From the NCBI RefSeq assembly GCF_030144855.1, contig NC_082731.1:27590001-27654000 (forward strand): a DNA stretch of 64,000 nt, in the 5' to 3' direction. The translations under genes were made by a program, and so were the position numbers. Each line of letters begins with the position of its first letter. Position 1 is the first letter of the stretch. Below, one piece after another: positions 57,660 through 64,000 of the stretch. The DNA comes from Hypanus sabinus (taxonomy: Eukaryota). The notes beneath the pieces were generated by a model. The model saw only the letters and a list, made by a program, of their open reading frames with translations. It was not told where the DNA came from and did not search any database.

Positions 57660-60430
57660 TACAAAATAGCGCTCTTGGATTTGAACTAGGACATCTTGAA
57701 GAAGTCTCTGAACAATGTCCACTAACATATCTCCTGTGGAACCAGAGGAGCCACCATTTGACCACTGTTATACCACCATCAACAATGGTTATTGTGCCAG
57801 GCCATGGCCACACTTTTGTGAGTCCGACCACCTGGCTGTACTTCAACTCCCGACATATAGGTAGAGACTGAAGACCACAGTGCTGTTAGTGAGGATCAAG
57901 AAGATATCATCAAGGAAGGCAGAAGTTCGCCTACAGGACTTTGAGTTGGTGAACTGGATACTATTCAGAGTCTTGTCTTCAAATTGGAATGAATGTGCAA
58001 CAGTTATAACCAACTTCCTCAAGACCTGTGTGGATGAGTGTGTGCCTTTGATAACATACAGGACATCCCAAAGGGAAAGGTGTGGATGGACCAGGAGATT
58101 CATGGTCTGCTGAGGGCTCAGTCTATGGTCGTCTAGGATAGTGATCCAGCATTAGACAAGAAGCCCAGGTATGACCTGCGGAAGGCTATTTTAACAGTGA
58201 ATAAACTCATCTTGGTCAAGATGATGCCAGTGTGCAATGTTTCCTCAATCAACCTGTTCCAGATAGCTCACAAAAATATCATTTTTTGGTCTTTTACATC
58301 CATTTTTCTTCTTGAATATGTTTCTGGGACTGTTAGAGTTGGAGACTGCAATTTTGATTGGAGATTGTTTCAGGAATCCAGCACTTTACCGACTCTGAGA
58401 AGATTCTGAGCAAGTACTCAGACGGCCTCAATATGATGAAACTTCAAGATGATTATTGACTCCATTGCAGCATTTAAAACATCCATTAAGCAAGTGGGTT
58501 TCAGCACCGATTGCCTGTCTTTTGATCACTGCTGGAAATGGATTCTGTGAACAGACTGTTGCTGTGTGTCTGGCTGTGTCGGGCAGGTCAGCCTCACTGC
58601 CTCGTGTGGTGCCCTTCTCTTCTCTTTCACTGAATGTCGGTGATATTGGAGATGGTATTGTGGTTCTGTGTTTATGGACTGGACTGTTGTGCTTATGGAC
58701 TGTGGACATTTTCAGACTTACCATTTTTATATTCTGTGTGTTTTTTAATTGCCCGTTCCTTTTCCATTTTGTTGTGCGAGGGGACAGTGTTTTGGGGTTT
58801 GATGTTCTGTTTGTTTCTTGTGGGATTGGTATTACTGTTCTGTTTTGTGAAGGGAGGGGAGTATTGATGATTGGGATGCCATTTTTGTCGGTGGGGGGGA
58901 TGGGGTGAGTTTGATGTTTCTCTGTGAATGACTTTCATATTCTTTCCTCTTTTCATGGCTATCTGGAAAACACAAAATTGAAAACCTGTGCCAACTAACT
59001 GGTGAGAGTTTTCAAAGACATCTTCAATATCTCACTGCTGTAGTCCGAGGTTCCAACTGTTGCCTGAGAATCATCCCAATGCCCAGGAAGAGCAGAGTGA
59101 CCTGTCTCAATGACTGTTGTCCAGTTGAACTCACGTCTATAGTGATGAAATGCTTTGAGAGTTTGGTCGTGGCCAGATTCAACTCCTGACCAGGACCCAC
59201 TGCAATTTCCCTCTTGCTGCAATAGGTCTACAGCAGATGGAATTTCACTTGCTCTGCACTCAGCCTTGGATGACCTGAAAAATAACAATACCTGCTGTAT
59301 GTCAGAATGATGTTTAACATAGAAAAACATAGCACAATACAGGCCCCTCAGCCCACAAAGTTGTGCTTACTACAGCTTATTACTTATTACAGCTCAATGT
59401 ACAACACAATCATACACTCAGTTCTAATCAACAAGCTCCAAAACCTGGGCCTCTGGACCTCCCTCCACAACTGGATCCTTGACATCCTCACTGGGAGACC
59501 ACAGTCAGTGTGGATCTGAAAGAGCATCTCCTCCTCACTGACAATCAACACTAGGGCAGTTCAAGGATGTGTGCTTAATCCACTGCTCTACTCTCTCTGC
59601 ACCCACGACTGTGTGGCTAGGTACAGCTCAAGTGGCATTTATAAATTTGCTGATGAACTATTGTGGGCAGAATTTCAGGGTGTTGAGGAGGCAAACAAGA
59701 GCAGGATAGATCAGCTGGGTAAACGGCATCTCAATAACATCCTTGCATTCAATGTCAGTAAGATGAAGCAATAGATTGTAGACTTCAGGAGGGGGAGGCA
59801 CATCAGTTTTCATTGAGGGATCTGCAGCGGAAAGGGTGAGCAGTTTCAACTTCCTGGGTGTCAATATTTCCAAACATCTATCCTGGGTCCAACATACTGA
59901 TGCAATAACAAGGAAGGCATGACCGTGGCTATATTTTAATTGGAATTTGAGTAGTCTGGGTATGTTTAAAGACTATCGCATATTTCCATGGAAGTACCAT
60001 GGAGAGTATTCTGATTGCATTAACATCGGAAAAAGCTGCAGAAAGTTGTAAACTCAGCCAGTTCCATCATGGACACTAACTTCCCCAGTATCAATGACAC
60101 CTTCAACAGGCCATGGCTCAAGAAGGCACCATTCGTCATTAAGGCCTCCCACCACCAAGGACCTGCCCTCTTCTTATTGCCACTTTCAAGGAGGAGGTAC
60201 AAGAGCCTGAAGACACACCCAACATTTGAGGAACAGCTTCTTCCCCTCCTAAATGGACAATGAATCCATGAACAATACCTCACTATATTTTCTTCTTGTT
60301 CTGCACTACTTAATTTATTTTTTATATTTACCTCATATAGGAATTTATTGCTTTTTATTATTAAGTATTGCAATGCACTGCTGCAGCAAAACAACAAATT
60401 TTATGACAAATAACAGTAATGTTAAAGCTA
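57660..60430 (+). mobile_element. Rex1/Babar-type LINE fragments
   Basis: WNECATVITNFLKTCVDECV; NDCCPVELTSIVMKCFE; [14 protein letters not shown]; QGCVLNPLLYSL.THDC; YKFADE. Confidence 0.8.
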
Positions 60431-60739
60431 ATTTTGATTCTGGTAGAAGGGGTCAAAATCAACAACCACCCCTCATGTCTCTACTTATGAATTACTGTCT
60501 CTCTAAACACACCAGCATTGTGGAATACTCACAATGATACCTTTTTGTATTTCTTCTATTCATCTTTGCTTGGTAACACTGACACTTCCACACACTAATC
60601 CTCTCATTGGGTCGACCTGGGAGGAACATCTGTTCTCAATCACCATCCGGGAATAACAGCTAATCTCTGACCCAACAATAAAGCTGCTGTGTTTGACTCA
60701 AGTGAGAAATACAAAACACTCTATATTGAATCAGAATTG

Positions 60740-63700
60740 GTGTCACAGTTCCAGTCGCTTGAGCGCAAACGTGTATAAGGAGTACAAGAATGCAAGAGCA
60801 AGGACGTGATGCTGAGACTTTATAAAGCACGAGTGAAGACTCACCTTGAGTATTGTGAACAGTTTTGGGCCCCTCATCTTAGAAAAGATGTTCCAGCATT
60901 GCAGAGGGTCCAGTGGAGGTTCACATGGATAATTCAGGAATGAAAGGTTTATCATATGAGGAACATTTGCTGGCTCTGGGTCTGTACTCACTGCATTTCA
61001 GAAGGATGAGGGGGAATTCATTGAAACCTTTTGGATGTTGAAAGGCCTAGGCAGAGTGGATATGGAAAGTATGTTTCCCATGGTGGGAAAGTCTAGGACA
61101 AGAGGGCAGAGCCTTAGAATAGAGAGGCGCCCTTTCAAAACAGAGATTTGGAAACATTTCTCCAGCCAAAGTGTGGTGAATTTGTGGAATTTCTTGCCAC
61201 ATGCAGCCGTGGAGGCCAGATCGTTGTCTGTATTTAAGGCAGAAATTGATAATTTCTTGATTGGATATGGAATCAAAGGTTATGGGGAGAGGGCCGAGAA
61301 CTGGAGTTGAGATGAGAAAAAAAAGAATCAGCCATGATTGAATGGTGGAGCAGACTTGATGGGCCAGATGGCCTAATCCTCCTCCTATGTCTTATGGAGT
61401 TCTGCAGAATGGTAGATACATTGTAGATCACTTCACATGTTCTGTGTCCTGAATACAGTAAGGATGATTTTGTTAAGACACACTGAGGGTGAGGTCCTGC
61501 CAATGATTCCTTTGAAGGCCTCTCTGCGTCTCTTTCAGGATCTGTCTAGCCACTCAGATTGTCCTCTGCCTTCTCTCTTCAAATATTCACACACTGTTTC
61601 TTTATTTGCACAGTTCTGATCTCATCCTTTGTCTCTTCTTGCAATTCTCTCTGTCTCTGTCTATACTGAACTCACAAGAAGAAAAGAAAAGAAAACAGGA
61701 GAAAGAGTAGACCACCAGATTCCGTGCTCTGGACTGAGATTTCTAGGGATTCGTTCCCTCTGAGAGAAGAAATTTCTCTGCACCACAGTTTCAAATGTCC
61801 GACTCCTTATTTTGTAACTATGTCCCCTTGTTCGTTGCTCTCTGACAGGTGGCAATCTCTCAACATCAACCCTCTTGTGCCCCTTTTGTATCTGATATGT
61901 TTGAGTCCAGAAATCCCGGATTCTTCTAAACTCCAGGCAACGTAGACACAGACAGTCTGGCCTCGATCACTGTCTGACAGTCACTTCAGTTACAGAAACA
62001 GGCCCTTCGGCCCATCCAGTATTTAAACTGCCTAGTCCCATTGACTTGCTCCCAGACCATAGCCATTCATATCCCACCCATTCATGTACCTGTACTCCAA
62101 ATTTAACCTCAGGAATGTCTTATACAACTTCAACATAACGTCCAATTTCCTGTACATAATACCGAGATCTGTGAAGGCCAATTGCAACACATCACACTTA
62201 GATTCCATCTGCCATTTTTCTGCCCATTGAGTCATAGAAAAGTACAGCCTAGAGACAGGCCTTTCAGCCCATCTAGTCTGTGCCAAGTCATTTATACTGC
62301 CAAGTCCGACTGACCTGCACCCAGACCATCACCCTCCATACACCGCCCATCCATGTAACCACCCAAACTTCTCTTAAACATTGAAATCGAGCTTGTTCTG
62401 GCAGCTCATTCCACACTCTCACAAATCTCTGAGTGAAGTTACCGAGTGTTCCCCTTCAACATTTCACCTTTCACCCTTAACCCACGATTGCTAGTTGGTG
62501 TACCTCCCAGTTGATGTTTTTCCAGTGGAAAAAGCCTGATTGCATTTACCCTATCAATAACCCTGATAATTTTGTATACCTCCATCAAATCTATCCTCAA
62601 TCTTCTCTGTTCCAAGGAATAAAGTCCTAACCTATGTAATCTTATAACACAGTGTCTCCAGTCCTGGTAGAATCCATCTTTCTCCGTACACTTTCAAGCT
62701 TATTGACATCTTTCCTGTAGGTTAGTAACTGCACACTGTACTCCAAATGAGGCCTCACGATGTGTTATACAACTTTAAGATAACTTCCCATCTCTTGTAC
62801 TCAGTACTTTGATTTATGAAGACCAATGTGCCAAAAATTTTCTTTATGATCCTATCTACCTGTGCCTCCATTTCCAATGAATTATGGACCTGTATTCCCA
62901 GATCCATTTGTTCTACTTCACTCCTCAGAGTCCTGTTGTTCACTGTGTAAGACCTACCCTGGTTGGACCTACCAAACTGCAACACTTCACACTTGCCTGC
63001 ATTAAATTCCATTTGCTATTTTACCATCTGGTTCATATCCCACTGCAAGCTCCAATAGTCTTCCTTGCTGTCCACTCCACCGCCCCCCCCCCCAACAATC
63101 TTGGTGTCAATTACAAATTTGCTGATCCAGTTAACTATATTATCATCTAGATTATTGATTCAGATAACAAACAACAATGGACCCAGCACCAACCCTGTGA
63201 AACTCTACCAGTCACAGGCTTCCAGTCAGAGAAGCAAGCATCTACTACCATCTCTGGCTTCTACCACAAAGCCAATATCCAATCAAATTTACTGCCTCAC
63301 CTTGACATACCTGTCAAATCCCTAAGGATTCTCCTTCACTTTGCCTGCTAGGGCAACCTCGTCCATTCCTTTAGCTCTTCTTATTTATTTCTTAGGTTTT
63401 TTGCAGTTCTTATACCCTATAAATACCTCATTTGTTCCTACCTGCCTGACCCTGCTGAGCACTTCCTTTTTCTTCTTCACCAGGGCCCTCAATATCTCTT
63501 GAAGACCAAGGCTCCCTAAACCTGTCATCATTACCTTTTATTCTGACAGGCACATACAAGCAATGTGCTCTCAAAATTTCACATTTGAAGGCTTCCCACT
63601 TACCAAGAACACCTTTGCCAGAAAACACCCTGTCCCAACTCACACTTGCCAGATCCTTTCTGATACCATCAAAATTGGCCTTTCTCGAATTTAGAATCTG

Positions 63701-64000
63701 AACCTGTGAACCAGATTTATCTTTTCCATATTTCTTTTGAAACTAATTGCATTTTGATCAGTAGATGCAGTGTTCCCTTATACAATCTTCTGTCAGCTGC
63801 CCTGTCTCATTCCCTAAAAAGGCATCGAGTATTCCACACACTCTCATTGGGACTTCTCCATGCCGATTAAGGAAACTTTCCTGTGTACATTTCACCAACT
63901 CCATCCCTTTTATAGAATAGGAGTCCAAGTCAACATGTGGAAAGTTGAAATGACCTACTACCACAACCTTATGTTCTTGGCAACAGTTGTGATCTCGCTA
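60740..64000. mobile_element. CR1 fragments (plus 60740-61400; minus 61750-64000) with SINE pieces
   Basis: VDMESMFPMVGKSRTRG...HFSSQSVVNLWN; MEFNAGKCEVLQFGRSNQGR; VVGHFNFPHVD. Confidence 0.8.

Noticed and set aside
61676-61725. Leader-exon-like stretch on the minus strand (ACG GAA TCT GGT GGT CTA CTC TTT...|GTGAGT)
   Set aside because: No ATG, phase 2 rather than 1, hydrophobicity comes from a T-rich simple repeat, and no V exon follows.
1-64000. CRISPR array, tRNA/rRNA genes, prokaryotic systems, and most short ORFs in the track
   Set aside because: No regularly spaced repeat-spacer array or structural RNA gene was seen. The DNA is vertebrate, and most ORFs are TE fragments or their antisense shadows.

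Overview
Vertebrate genomic DNA, most likely a cartilaginous fish (shark or ray), judged from the Ig exon types and the repeat families. By eye, roughly three-quarters or more is nested retroelement debris: many CR1 LINEs with SGNH-esterase ORF1, one full-length L1 with target-site duplications, Rex1/Babar LINEs, Penelope-like elements with hammerhead-ribozyme-type termini, a truncated Ty3/gypsy element and a 2.7-kb hAT transposon. The only recognisable host gene is the 3' part of an IgW/IgNAR-type immunoglobulin heavy-chain cluster on the minus strand (53761-56745). It has one intact C exon, one C exon with a 1-bp frameshift, two heavily decayed C exons (the last with the secretory tail), and an open TM1 exon. 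An inverted orphan copy of one C exon lies at about 17.9 kb, and an unexplained exon-like unit occurs 4-5 times in the first 25 kb, so the window may hold remains of several Ig clusters. Other oddities are an orphan CpG-island promoter bracketed by a 38-bp direct repeat, a perfect 123-bp inverted templated insertion, and a short telomeric-repeat insertion. No rRNA, tRNA or CRISPR array was recognised. All comparisons to known proteins are from memory, no database search was run, and TE boundaries are approximate unless a TSD is quoted.
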